DNA of 63,638 nt, filler included, from Folioceros fuciformis (Eukaryota), in NCBI GenBank assembly GCA_049999805.1. It is 4 parts of 3 records of this genome, joined end to end, with 100 filler letters (N's around TTAATTAATTAA, not from the genome) between each part and the next. Parts side by side here need not be neighbours in the genome. Positions count along the whole stretch, not along the records: positions 27,881 to 49,377 come from JBNGIO010006191.1; positions 49,478 to 61,910 come from JBNGIO010006191.1; 2 more parts are not named here. One strand, given 5' to 3'. The notes below the pieces were generated by a model, which was given only the letters and a program-made list of their open reading frames with translations, was not told the origin of the DNA and searched no databases. The position numbers and the translations under genes are program-made. The number at the start of each line of letters is the position of its first letter. Positions within the stretch are counted from its first letter, which is position 1. This document shows, in pieces, positions 39,825 through 50,297 of this stretch.

Positions 39825-40628
39825 ATGGACCTCCTGAACTTGCTAGACTCTTCTATTTCTTCTTCTCAATATACTACACTGTCTTCTCAACCCCCTCTAC
39901 TACTCGTAGCACAAGCTCCAGCACCTATGGTTATCACTAAGCCAAAGGTCAACCTTGCAGCATGGACAATCAACAACACTTTTGCCTTGATTGCAGCTTT
40001 TGAAGACATCTACATGGAGCACCTTCAGCAGGGGAATTGGGAAGCCCACCACTATGACAACATTGCCATGCTAATTTCTCCTTTGTGTCAAGGTTTTCAG
40101 CCAATGGGAATTCAATGCAAGAACAAGATGGATAGTTTGAAGCGGCAATATAAAGCGGAGGCCAGGAAGCTCACAACCAAGGTGTATGCCTCGGAATGGG
40201 TATTTTGGAAGGCCATGGATGCGTTCATGAATGACAATCTTAAGGTAGTTGGAATTCCGAACTCTCATGACCTTGGGCTTGTTGATTTGATGACTTCAAA
40301 TTGCTACTCTGAGCAACCTGCTCTTCCTCTCAACACTGCTAAAGACCGCTTTGTTTTTATGGTGGACCCTCCACTTGTGGCTACTATTTCACCAAGCTTG
40401 CTAGCCTCTTCACCACTGGAAGAAGAATGTGGTGAATCTCCTTCAACAAAGGTAACCAAGTTGAAGGGTATAACAGCTAAAAAAGCAAAGATTGGAAAGC
40501 ATAGGTCTGAAGAATCGGGGCCTGATAGAATAGCTAATAGTATTTCTAGTTTTGCTGAGATCTTTGCGAAGATTGGGACAGCAAAGTTAGAGTGCATGCA
40601 AGCTACGGAGAAGAGTAGATTAGAATAG
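39825..40628 (+). CDS. Harbinger-associated Myb/SANT-like (trihelix) DNA-binding protein
   Basis: WTINNTFALIAAF...W...QCKNKMDSLKRQYK...WVFWKAMD followed by a C-terminal coiled-coil. The stop at 40628 may be premature. Confidence 0.75.
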   Translation: MDLLNLLDSSISSSQYTTLSSQPPLLLVAQAPAPMVITKPKVNLAAWTINNTFALIAAFEDIYMEHLQQGNWEAHHYDNIAMLISPLCQGFQPMGIQCKNKMDSLKRQYKAEARKLTTKVYASEWVFWKAMDAFMNDNLKVVGIPNSHDLGLVDLMTSNCYSEQPALPLNTAKDRFVFMVDPPLVATISPSLLASSPLEEECGESPSTKVTKLKGITAKKAKIGKHRSEESGPDRIANSISSFAEIFAKIGTAKLECMQATEKSRLE

Positions 40629-41199
40629 AGCTTAAAAATCTCAGTGCTGCAACAATACACTCAACTAGAGGTTGCAAACATGCTGGTACAGTCTTCTAAA
40701 AGAGCAAGGAGCAGCTTCCCTTCAAACTAGTTGCAAGTGTTGTTCGTGTTACAAGAAATGCTCAAAAACTGTGAATGTGAATTTTTGACTTCGATCTTCA
40801 TGAAAAAAAAAATACAAACAAGCAACTCATAGAAAGCTTGTTTCAAGTGCTTTACAATGATGCATAGCACGTTTCATTTGGACAAGTGTGCTATTCGAAA
40901 CAAAGCCTGAAAGTAACGGGATTGTTGTTTGTGTAGTGTGAAAGCATAGAAACTAGAAACCACCATATCTCACTTTGGTCATGATGAAAAAAATACAAGT
41001 GAGCACTTCAAAGAAAGCGCGTTTCAAGCGCTTCACAATGATGCATGGCACGTTTCATTTGGACAAGTGCATAGTCCGGAATGTAGCCTGAAAGCAACGG
41101 GAACTAACCTGAAAATAACAAAGCTAGACAACATGCACATTACACTTGTATGCTACAAAGGACTTATGCATGCCCGTTTGACCGAGCATTTCTCCAATG

Positions 41200-42481
41200 T
41201 CTGATTAAGGCAGCATTCTGCACTTCTGTTTGACTCTTCAAGGCCTTTTTTTGAGCATTTGTTAGTGAGATATTCATTGATGTGAGAGTCTATGCTCATC
41301 CACGTATCGACTATCAAGATCCATTTCCCCAGCAATTATGCAAAAGTTGTGAAGCACACAATTGGCTGCTATCGTACTAGCAGGATATTCAATATGGATA
41401 TTGAGGTTTTTCAAAACTCTCCACCAGCTCTTCAACCTTGAGAATGCATTCTTTATGACCACACGACAAGATGAGAACCAAGAGTTGAAGGACCACTGCT
41501 CTTCATTTATTGGATTTTAAAATCCTTTCATGAGAAAGAGCCGTAACGGATATGGTGCGTCTCCAATAATGTATGGAGGTACTGAAGCACCTTCCACCAT
41601 GACAATGGGCTTTCTGAATATGTTTTTCCCGATAAGGTGCTGTCATAAACTACTATTCCGCAAAATTCTAGCATCATTAGATCCTCCAGGACTATTGACA
41701 CATATGTCTAAAAACAGACATTGATTGTCACATAGGCCTGTAGAACAATATAGTGCATGTTGTAAAGCTTGTAATAATATGCTACTGGCATGTACCTTGG
41801 TGGCGGCTTAGCAGTGAACTTGATCAAAGAGCCATCGATAGCAACTACAATGTTAAGTAGTAGAGTTTACTCCTCAAACTTTGCAGGAACAACTTGCTAA
41901 CGCTGTTTTGATGGAATGCCGATGAAAGATGAGTATAATTTTCTGGGATTACTTAAGATGGCCACCACAGCCTTGGTGTATTGCACCACTATTGCCACAC
42001 CTACACCATATTTCATGGCCACTTCATACAAGGGCAACCCTCTTCCAAGCCGACACAATACCATTGCAACAGCTTTCTCAAGTTCAATTGAAGCTCTCGG
42101 AGAGCTACGAACAAGAAAGGGGCGAAGTTGCTCAACCAAAACCATGAAAGTTGTATAAGTCATACGATATTGCCACATCCACTTCTCATCCCACACGGAA
42201 GGTGAAAGCATTTGCCATGTTTGCATATGCAACCTCTCCCAAAGACCTTGCTGACTTGGAGCTTTCTACCAAACCCTCGAAACACTAGGTCTTGTAGGTC
42301 TTGTAGCCTCAACCGTCGAACTCCCTGCTACAGCCATGACCAACAATATGAAAGAACTCATTACATTACTCGATAAAATATCATCACTATATATGCTAGG
42401 GCATTGTCTTAGAAAATCATCTTGAGAATATCTCGACGGAAAGGCTAAGAGCAAGAAAACCCTAATTTCATCGATAACCAA
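41200..42481 (-). pseudogene. PIF/Harbinger (DDE_Tnp_4 / HARBI1-like) transposase pseudogene
   Basis: Minus-strand motifs WQYRMTYTTF..L, EKAVAMVLCRLG, VVAIDGSLI (about 41850-41822), PGGSNDARIL, IIGDAPYPL and RVVIKNAFSRLK...CVLHNFC, broken by stops and frameshifts. Confidence 0.88.
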
Positions 42482-43404
42482 AAACTCAAGAAACCAAGGA
42501 GCGACAACCTAAGAGAGAAGACGAGCATACAAGAATGCTAAAAGTTCTTGTGAACCAAAGTTCTAGTAGCCCAAAATGCCGGGAAGCCTTGGACGATCTT
42601 GGGCTTGACCCAGCATGTGGATTCACCTTCCGGTGGGTCCAACAGCCCCGAGTTAAAATCGCTGACAAGGTCCGTCCATCACCCGCTATACACGGGCTTG
42701 CCGACGGACTGAGGGGCTTTTCAATGTAAACAGTTCTACAAAAACCACCCCCGTCCTCCACGGCCGCCCCAACTTCTCAACCCACAATCAAACATTGCAC
42801 AGGATCTTATGAAGTGCAAGTGTTTGGGTCTTTGTTCTTATCACATATTTCCCCTACCCAAGGCCCGGGAAGTGAAGCTCTTCTTCTTTCTTGCTGGATG
42901 TGACTATTGCATATTATTGCTATATTCTTCAAGTGTAGTATGTTATGTAGGCTTCTGTAAAGGCAAGAAGCGGTGTGGAGGACAAAGCAAAGCCCGCTTC
43001 ATTAACCTCCTTTCCTTCCAAGTTCCTCACAGGCATCCCCATGACCCATGACAAAAACGCAAGCTGAGGAGCACCCGTTACTTTCATCACCCAGTATTCA
43101 AGTTCATGGGTGAGAGGAGGATTCCCCAAAATTAGTCGTCCCACCACCAAGCACGGAGCTAAGCATCCGTCTTTTGAAATAGTTTTTTTTCACCACTCTC
43201 CTCACCCATCATACCGCACCACGCTCTGCTGACCATTCACCGCCCTCCCCACCCATCATACCGCATCGCGCTCTCCCTCTCCCCCTACTCCCCCTTGCGC
43301 CACCACTTGTCCGTACACCACGGACATTGTTACATTGATTCTTTATAAATGGCCACCATGGGACCAGCTCCGCGGGTTTCTGAGGTTGAAAAGTTATGGT
43401 CCGA

Positions 43405-44183
43405 TGTAGTAACACCCCCTTCAATGGGGTGGGGCAGAACCACGCAGTTAGAAGCCAAAGCAAGGGTCAGTAATTAGACACCGGACACAGCACTAGGCCT
43501 CCAAGTAGCCGCCCTCCTCTTCTAGGAGGACTCGCAGCCAGCACCCTTACTGCTGCTCTTTATTCAAACCATGAGTCAACAAGAACATACAGAGCTGGAG
43601 AGCTAGAGAGAACTCCCAATCTTTGCCTAAGATAGGAGCTTAGCTCTCCCTTCTCTTAACCTCCTCCCACAACTCCTTCACAACACACCTCTCATGTGCT
43701 TAGCCCAAGCAACACATGCTCTCAAGGCGTAGCCCAAGCACCCAGTGCTCTCAAGGCGTAGCCCAAGCACCCAGTGCTCTCAAGGCTTTGAGGAGATACT
43801 GATCTCAACTCAACTGTACTGAACTGTCCTTAGCCCTTGGCTAGGTCCCCTTTTATACACAGTTCTAATCACTAACTTAGCAACTACTTACTTAAGCACT
43901 TACTTAAGCCTTAAACTATTATTCACTACCACACACTTTTCCTAGGGCTGCATGCTTCTCATGCTCTTAGTACTCTGCTCATGCTCTTAGTACTCTACTC
44001 TACTAAACATGCCTATGCATGGAGCTTACTTGCTTGGCACTCTACTAAACATGCCTCTACATGGAGCTTACTTGCTTAGCACTCAACCAGCTAAACATGC
44101 CTCTACATGGAGCTTACTTGCTTAGCACTCAACCAGCAGCATTGTTACTGGTGTGGTACTTTGGTTTTCTTCATGACATAACA
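43405..44183 (-). mobile_element. Solo LTR-like element with internal tandem repeats
   Basis: On the minus strand it starts TGTTATG and ends GGGGGTGTTACTACA, with a TATA-like gtataaaagg near 43850. Internal 27-45-bp tandem duplications. No matching TSD seen. Confidence 0.55.
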
Positions 44184-45489
44184 TATCCATTGTGGGATTT
44201 TAGTTTTTTATGATGATCATGATTTTTACTTAAAGTTGGACTACTGTTGATATAAAGTCGAGGGACACCTTCAGCCTGTGTGGTATGCCATGGCCAACAT
44301 GTATAACACAATTGGCCAAGATTAAGCTCATTGTTCCACTAATTACTACGCTATTCCTTGGGACGAGCAACAACCCCGGCTCTTTCAGACGCAGCTGGAA
44401 ATCTTACCACCTGCCGTTCACTACCCAAAAATGTAAAAAGAAAAAGAACATACATGCTACCGTCTACGTCCCCATCGCAAACGCAACGAAATCTGTGCCT
44501 CAGTCCAGACTACCACGCTTCAAAATGCCAGCGTCGTTGCCGTACTGTCGACTGGATTTCAGAAGCATGGCTCCCACAGGCCGAACTACAACTCCTCTAG
44601 CAGTCTATCCCAGCAAAGATGCGAGTCTGGCAGTGGACTAGAGTTCCGGCACAGGTACAACAGGGCAGCAGTTTGTCTCCGAGAGTGATCCCCACAAGAG
44701 ACCGAAAGAAAGCAGGCAAAAGTCCACCTAACAGCACGTGTGACAGGACAGACAGGAGGAGAGGCCCGCACCCGTGGGCTATAGGCCTAATCTCGGTCAT
44801 GGACTAAAAATCAAAGAACCACGCATCGTATGTCTAGCTGGATTGTTAGTGGGACGTGGCCCCGTCCACAACCAAGCCGGAGAGAGAGCCGAGCCTGCGG
44901 CTCGCCAGGGCCCTTGGCAGACCGGGAGCGTGGACGGTCTGCGAAGGTAGGAAGCCATGTCACTAAGCGGACCTTGAGATAAGCTCAGGAAGGTTACATC
45001 GAACCACTCCCTGTTCTCAGGGACACAACGCAACAACGTCTAGTTGGTTGCCAGCCCTTCAACGAAGACACACGTCAGTACCACTGATGAGAAAGGTGCA
45101 ATCAACGAAACCAAACATGTCAAAAGCAAAGCACCTTCCTAGTTATTTACACGGGTGTGCAAAGGGTGTCAAGCTGCACAGCACAAGGTCCCTTTCAGGG
45201 CCATAGCCAACTTCCAGACATTCCCTGCAAGCCAAAAAATAGGCCTGTGTCAATGCAATTACCCAAAACCACGCCGTCCAACCACACAATATGGTACAAC
45301 AAGGGTCACAAATACAGCACAGAGTTCTCTTAATATAATCCAAACAGATGTGACTTGTTGCCCTGACATCTTCAGCCAAGTCCAGCTTCTGAGGAAGCCA
45401 ATCTACAACATTATGTGGGAACCTTAGCGGATTATGTTACCACCTACGTCAACAGTCCTACACAACCAAAATCTTCCCCCAATAAGAAA

Positions 45490-48400
45490 TTACAAGACAG
45501 AATACTTCCCAGGTTGGGTAGAGCCAGGGAGAGAGATGGAGGCAGATGTGGACTCCTCAAGGATTCGCTTGATCTCAGCCTTTGCCTTTTTCACTGAAGC
45601 TTCCGTGGGGCCTTCAATGAACAAAAACAACTTCCTCTCCCCTGGTGCAGGGTTCTTTCCCGTAGGAAAGTACTGCCCACGAGTTGTTATGGCAGCTCCT
45701 GTCCATTCACTAATCTGCCCCAAAGCATCCTTGTGAGTCACTTTCCAGCGCGCATGTTGAGGAAAATCATTGATTTCTAACTCTGCTTCATAATGCTCTG
45801 TCATCGCATCTGCCTGGATCTTGGCCAGATTGTGTTGCAAATTAAGTGCTGCTGCATACGCAGCAGCCCTCGCTGCTCCGTCTCCCATCGCACTTGCAGA
45901 AGGATTCGGTACACCCATACCATTCGGAAAACCTGTCAGACCGAGACTTGTTATTGCTGTCATGCCTGTAAGCCCTTGCATTCCCACCAGACCACCCATC
46001 ATGCCTGCCATGTTCATGCCCGCAACACCCGTCAGACCTGTCAGACCTGGTATGCCTGACATCATGCCTGGCAAACTATTTGCTTGAAGACTTCTGCTCG
46101 CAGCAGCCTGGGCGGCTAAGAGAGCTGCCTGGAACTGTGGATTGGTTGTAGATGGCTGGCCAGCTTTGGTAGCAGCCGCAAGAGCAGCAGCCTGAGCAGC
46201 TTGAGCTGCTGCCTCTGAAAGATCACCTCCTTGTTTACGAATGCTGCCATCATCTGAATCGGAATCTGACTTGTCTTCATCCTCTTCAAACCCATATTCT
46301 TTGGCCTGAGCTTTCTTTGCAGCCTTCAGAGCCTCATCCTCTTCTTCATTAAACTTAAACCCACTTCCACCATAGCCACTGCCATGTGCTTGCTCTGTAC
46401 CCTGACTGACCTTGGCCAGAAAGTCATCGGCAAGTTTTTTCAAGTCATCAGGAACAGGCTGTTCCGAGAGCTCCAGTGCCTTCACCAAATCAGGTGCATA
46501 TCGCTCTTCATCCACGGAAATAAAAGTCACTGCAACACCCTTCCTACCAGCCCTTCCTGTGCGGCCCACACGATGTACATAATCTTCGTAGTGATTAGGA
46601 ACATCATAATTCACGACTAGCTCCAATTCCTTCACATCCAGGCCCCGGGCAGCCACACTGGTGGCAATCATCAAATTGCACACATTGGTCTTGAAATCTG
46701 CTAACGTTGATTCCCTATCAGTCTGGTCTTTAGCACCATGCAGTGACAAGCAAGGATAACCAGCTTTGAGCAGGTCTCTGAACAGGCTGTCACACTTCTC
46801 CTGCGAGTGCACAAAGATCAAGATTTTCCCCTTCTCATACCACTCACCAAGAAGCTCCAACAACCGGAGAAACCTCTCACTGTCAGGCCGAACCTCTACC
46901 GTTTGTGTGATATCCCTGTTCACGACACTCCGACCACCCACCTGAATCTCAATGGGCTTGGTAAGAACCTTCCGTGCCAACACCTCAACCTGGCGAGGAA
47001 ATGTGGCAGAGAAAAGCACAGTCTGCCGATCTGGCCTGGTGTTCTGCACAATCCTGGTGATTTGAGGTTCAAACCCCATGTCGAACATGCGATCAGCTTC
47101 ATCCATCACGAAGTATGTGACCCTGCGAAGGTTTGTGATCTTGCCAGCACTGGTGCACAGGATGTCAATCATTCTCCCAGGTGTGCACACCACTATCTCC
47201 GTCCCTCGTTTCAAATCACTGATTTGCTGTGCAACGCCAGAGCCTCCATAAACAGGAACACAGCTAAGGCCAAGCACTTTTGAGAACCTTTTGATATCAT
47301 TGTATATTTGCTGGACGAGCTCACGGGTTGGGGCCATGATGAGGCCAATAGGTCCATCTCCTTGGACCAGAGGAGGCTGATCCATAATGTGCCTCAGCAT
47401 GGGCAACACAAAGGCAAGGGTCTTACCTGAACCGGTTTTCGCTATTCCAATGCAGTCTCGACCACTCATGATAATGGGAAGCGCTTGGGCCTGGATGGGC
47501 ATTGGCTTTTCAAACCCTAATTTCTTGATGACGTCTAACACCTTGCTGCTCAAACCAGTTTGATTCCAAGTCTTGACAGCCCGTGGCACATCTTTCCCTC
47601 TAATTTTCAGCTCTAGTTCTTTCCTGGATGCTGCAACCTCCTCTTGTTCCATTCTTGCAATTTCCTTCACTTCAATGTAGAAGTTCTTTCTGAACGGTGG
47701 ATAATGAATCTTAGAGTGATCGACAGGTGCTAGCTTATCGGCCTTGGTCTTCTTGACCCGCTTCAAAAAGTCATCATCCTCTTCATCACCAACAGCGCCA
47801 TCCCCTTCCTCTCTGTCATCCTCCGATGCTGAGTCCTCTCCTGGAATGATCCTCCCTGTTGCATTCCGTGGGTTTCTCTTGGAATATCGTCCAGTATCAG
47901 CCACTCTTCGGTCCTTGAGAGGACGGACAGGTTCCTTCTCAGGCTTAGGCACCTCAGGCACATAGGACTCCATATTATTCAGTTTCTCCACCTCGGGTAT
48001 GACCATAGCATTCATGAATGCATCTAAGGGGTCTATTTCCTCCTCCTGTTCTTCCATTGGCTTTGCATCTGCAGCAGACTCACCGTCAGTGCCCACTTTC
48101 CCCTGCAGTTCTGCATTCTGTGGTGCTGGCACAGCATCTTGCAGCGCCCCTGTCTGTCCAACTGCGGCCACAACTGTCCCCGCTGCAGCATCCGCCTCCC
48201 CCATCACAAGGTCCCCACTGTCTTGGGAAGCCACCTTGGAGTTTTCCTCCCCATCAATTTTCACTGTATCTTCAACTTTGGGAAGGTCCTCATCATCTGA
48301 CTCCTCTCCCTCCAACGTCCATGCCTTCTTTGCATTGTTATCCAGCTCCAGGATTTCCTCTGCATCACCTCTCTTTTTCCGTTCCTCCTCCTCCTTCCTG

Positions 48401-49377
48401 CGACGCAATTCTTGCCACTCTTGCACACGTCTTCTGCGTTTTTCCATTTCCTCGTCCAACTTTCTCTGTTCTTCGTCTGCATCCTCCTCCTCCACATCCT
48501 TCTTCAGTTTCCCTTCACCTTTGTCAGCCTCGTCCTCCCGCCTTTTCCTTTTCCTATCCTTCTCCTGACCATCCTCCTCCGTTTTGTCTCGATCCTTTGG
48601 CCTGTCCCGTTCTCTATCTTTGAGATCCACCACTTCCTCCCTCTTCCTGCGCTTTCTGTCCCGATCCCTATCATCGTCTTCATCCCTCTCCCGTTCCCTA
48701 TCCTTCTGCCTTTCCCGCTCCTTGTCACGATCTCTCCGCTTCTTCTCCTTATCTTTCTCCTTCTCCTTCACCTTCTCCCTTTCCCTGTCGGTTTGTTTAT
48801 CCTTGTCACGCTCCTTAGCTCTGTCCCGATCTCTTTCCTCCCGGTGTCTATCCTTGTCCTTTTTCTCTCTGTCCCTTCCCCTGTCTCCTCGCCCGAGTTC
48901 ATCAACATCAAGTTCCCGTTCCCTGTCCTCTCGGAACTTGTCCTTATCCCTAGCGCGTTCGTCCTTAAGCTTCTCTTTCTCCAGTCTCCTTTCCCTTTCC
49001 TTCTCCTCTCTCAGCTTCTCCTTCTCCCGTTCACGCTCTTCCTTCTCCTTCTTCTCCCTCTCCAGTTCCATCCGAACCCTTTCCCTCTCGCGTTCTTCAT
49101 CTCTCAACCTCTGCTCCTCTCTCTCCCTCTCCAGCTGCTCCCTGAGCTCCCGCTCTCTCTCCTCTCGCAGCTCCCTCTCCTTCTGTTCCCTTTCCTGCTG
49201 CTCCTTCTCTGCTCGGAGCCTTTCCCTCTCCCGCTCCTCCCTCAACCTCTCCCTCTCCCTCTGCTCCTTCTCCTCCCTCAACCTCTCCCTCTCCCTCTGC
49301 TCCTTTTCCTCCCTCAACCTTTCCCTCTCCCTCTGCTCCTTCTCCTCCCTCAACCTCTCCCTCTCCCTCTGCTCCTT
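45490..49377 (-). CDS. DDX46: DEAD-box RNA helicase 42 / Prp5 / DDX46; 5' end lost in assembly gap
   Basis: Uninterrupted ORF with Q motif (GFEKPMPIQ), AKTGSGKT, PTREL, DEAD, SAT, HRVGRTGRAG, DPLDAFM and C-terminal KH-like ELEINDFPQ..RWKVT. RE/RD-rich N-terminus runs into the N gap. Confidence 0.96.
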   Translation of the reverse strand, partial: KEQRERERLREEKEQRERERLREEKEQRERERLREEKEQRERERLREERERERLRAEKEQQEREQKERELREERERELREQLEREREEQRLRDEERERERVRMELEREKKEKEEREREKEKLREEKERERRLEKEKLKDERARDKDKFREDRERELDVDELGRGDRGRDREKKDKDRHREERDRDRAKERDKDKQTDREREKVKEKEKDKEKKRRDRDKERERQKDRERERDEDDDRDRDRKRRKREEVVDLKDRERDRPKDRDKTEEDGQEKDRKRKRREDEADKGEGKLKKDVEEEDADEEQRKLDEEMEKRRRRVQEWQELRRRKEEEERKKRGDAEEILELDNNAKKAWTLEGEESDDEDLPKVEDTVKIDGEENSKVASQDSGDLVMGEADAAAGTVVAAVGQTGALQDAVPAPQNAELQGKVGTDGESAADAKPMEEQEEEIDPLDAFMNAMVIPEVEKLNNMESYVPEVPKPEKEPVRPLKDRRVADTGRYSKRNPRNATGRIIPGEDSASEDDREEGDGAVGDEEDDDFLKRVKKTKADKLAPVDHSKIHYPPFRKNFYIEVKEIARMEQEEVAASRKELELKIRGKDVPRAVKTWNQTGLSSKVLDVIKKLGFEKPMPIQAQALPIIMSGRDCIGIAKTGSGKTLAFVLPMLRHIMDQPPLVQGDGPIGLIMAPTRELVQQIYNDIKRFSKVLGLSCVPVYGGSGVAQQISDLKRGTEIVVCTPGRMIDILCTSAGKITNLRRVTYFVMDEADRMFDMGFEPQITRIVQNTRPDRQTVLFSATFPRQVEVLARKVLTKPIEIQVGGRSVVNRDITQTVEVRPDSERFLRLLELLGEWYEKGKILIFVHSQEKCDSLFRDLLKAGYPCLSLHGAKDQTDRESTLADFKTNVCNLMIATSVAARGLDVKELELVVNYDVPNHYEDYVHRVGRTGRAGRKGVAVTFISVDEERYAPDLVKALELSEQPVPDDLKKLADDFLAKVSQGTEQAHGSGYGGSGFKFNEEEDEALKAAKKAQAKEYGFEEDEDKSDSDSDDGSIRKQGGDLSEAAAQAAQAAALAAATKAGQPSTTNPQFQAALLAAQAAASRSLQANSLPGMMSGIPGLTGLTGVAGMNMAGMMGGLVGMQGLTGMTAITSLGLTGFPNGMGVPNPSASAMGDGAARAAAYAAALNLQHNLAKIQADAMTEHYEAELEINDFPQHARWKVTHKDALGQISEWTGAAITTRGQYFPTGKNPAPGERKLFLFIEGPTEASVKKAKAEIKRILEESTSASISLPGSTQPGKYSVL

Positions 49378-49477
49378 NNNNNNNNNNNNNNNNNNNNNNN
49401 NNNNNNNNNNNNNNNNNNNNNTTAATTAATTAANNNNNNNNNNNNNNNNNNNNNNNNNNNNNNNNNNNNNNNNNNNN
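49378..49477. other. Artificial scaffold linker (N-TTAATTAATTAA-N)
   Basis: Same linker; truncates the DDX46 5' end. Confidence 0.95.
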
Positions 49478-49682
49478 CCGGCGGGCTGGCTGCAGCAGCA
49501 GAACGGCTAGGCGCAGGTAGGCGACCCAGCAGAGCATGCAAATAAATAGAGGTTGACGGATGTAGGCCATTCGGGCGTCGGCATGATCTAGCTGCAGGCA
49601 GGCTGGTGGTTGAGATCTGGCAAGGGGGGTTTACTGGCTGGAGGTGGTGGCTGAGGGGTCTAGCCAGCGGCCCAGCCCGCCC

Positions 49683-49880
49683 CAGCTGCGAGCAGACAGC
49701 GGGTTAGCCTGTGGGCGGCCTGCCTGGCTAGATCTGGGAGGCCAGGCCGGCCGGCAGGCGGCCCGGAGGATGGCCGGGCCAGCAGCTCCCCAACTGCGAG
49801 CAGACAGCGGGTGAGCCTGTGGGCGGCCTGCCTGGCTAGATCTGGGAGGCCAGGCTTGCAAGTAGGCGGCCCGGAGGATT
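49683..49880. repeat. GC-rich direct duplication (about 110-bp unit x2), probably within an LTR/retroelement
   Basis: ctgcgagcagacagcggg...gcctgtgggcggcctgcctggctagatctgggaggccagg occurs twice. Confidence 0.75.
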
Positions 49881-50297
49881 GCAGGGCTGTGGGCCGAGGG
49901 GGCCATCCAGCCTGGGTCTGCACATCCCTACCTCAAGGGCCGCAAGTGAAGGGCTGCTGTGTTTGAAATCCAAGAGTGAGACATGGTGGTGAAGGACTGA
50001 AGTGTTGGAGTGCTGGAGTAGAGAGCCGTTGTGCTGGAGTGGGGGCTGAAGATGATGCTGAGCCCTCGTTTAGCTAAGGTGGTAGTTGTTATTGGAGACG
50101 AGGTTCTGATCTTTTTGCTGTAGTGTGGTTAGGTCTAGGGACCGGTTGATAGTTAGGGTCAAATTAGGGCAGAGTGGGGGAAGTTGTAGAAAACCTTGAC
50201 ACTGGTTCACTCCCTTGGGAGCGAACCCTAGTACTACGACGATAACCAGGGGGAAGTGTGGCCCTTGGTGGTTCTTGGGTGCAAGTTCCACTCCACA

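Larger units (their letters stand above)
39825..42481. mobile_element. Degenerate PIF/Harbinger DNA transposon (convergent Myb/SANT ORF and DDE transposase)
   Basis: Both diagnostic genes are present. TIRs and TAA/TTA TSD were not identified, so the true ends are unknown. Confidence 0.85.

Noticed and set aside
47999-49429. Long Ser/Leu-rich plus-strand ORFs (189-337 aa)
   Set aside because: Antisense shadows of the low-complexity RE-rich DDX46 coding sequence.
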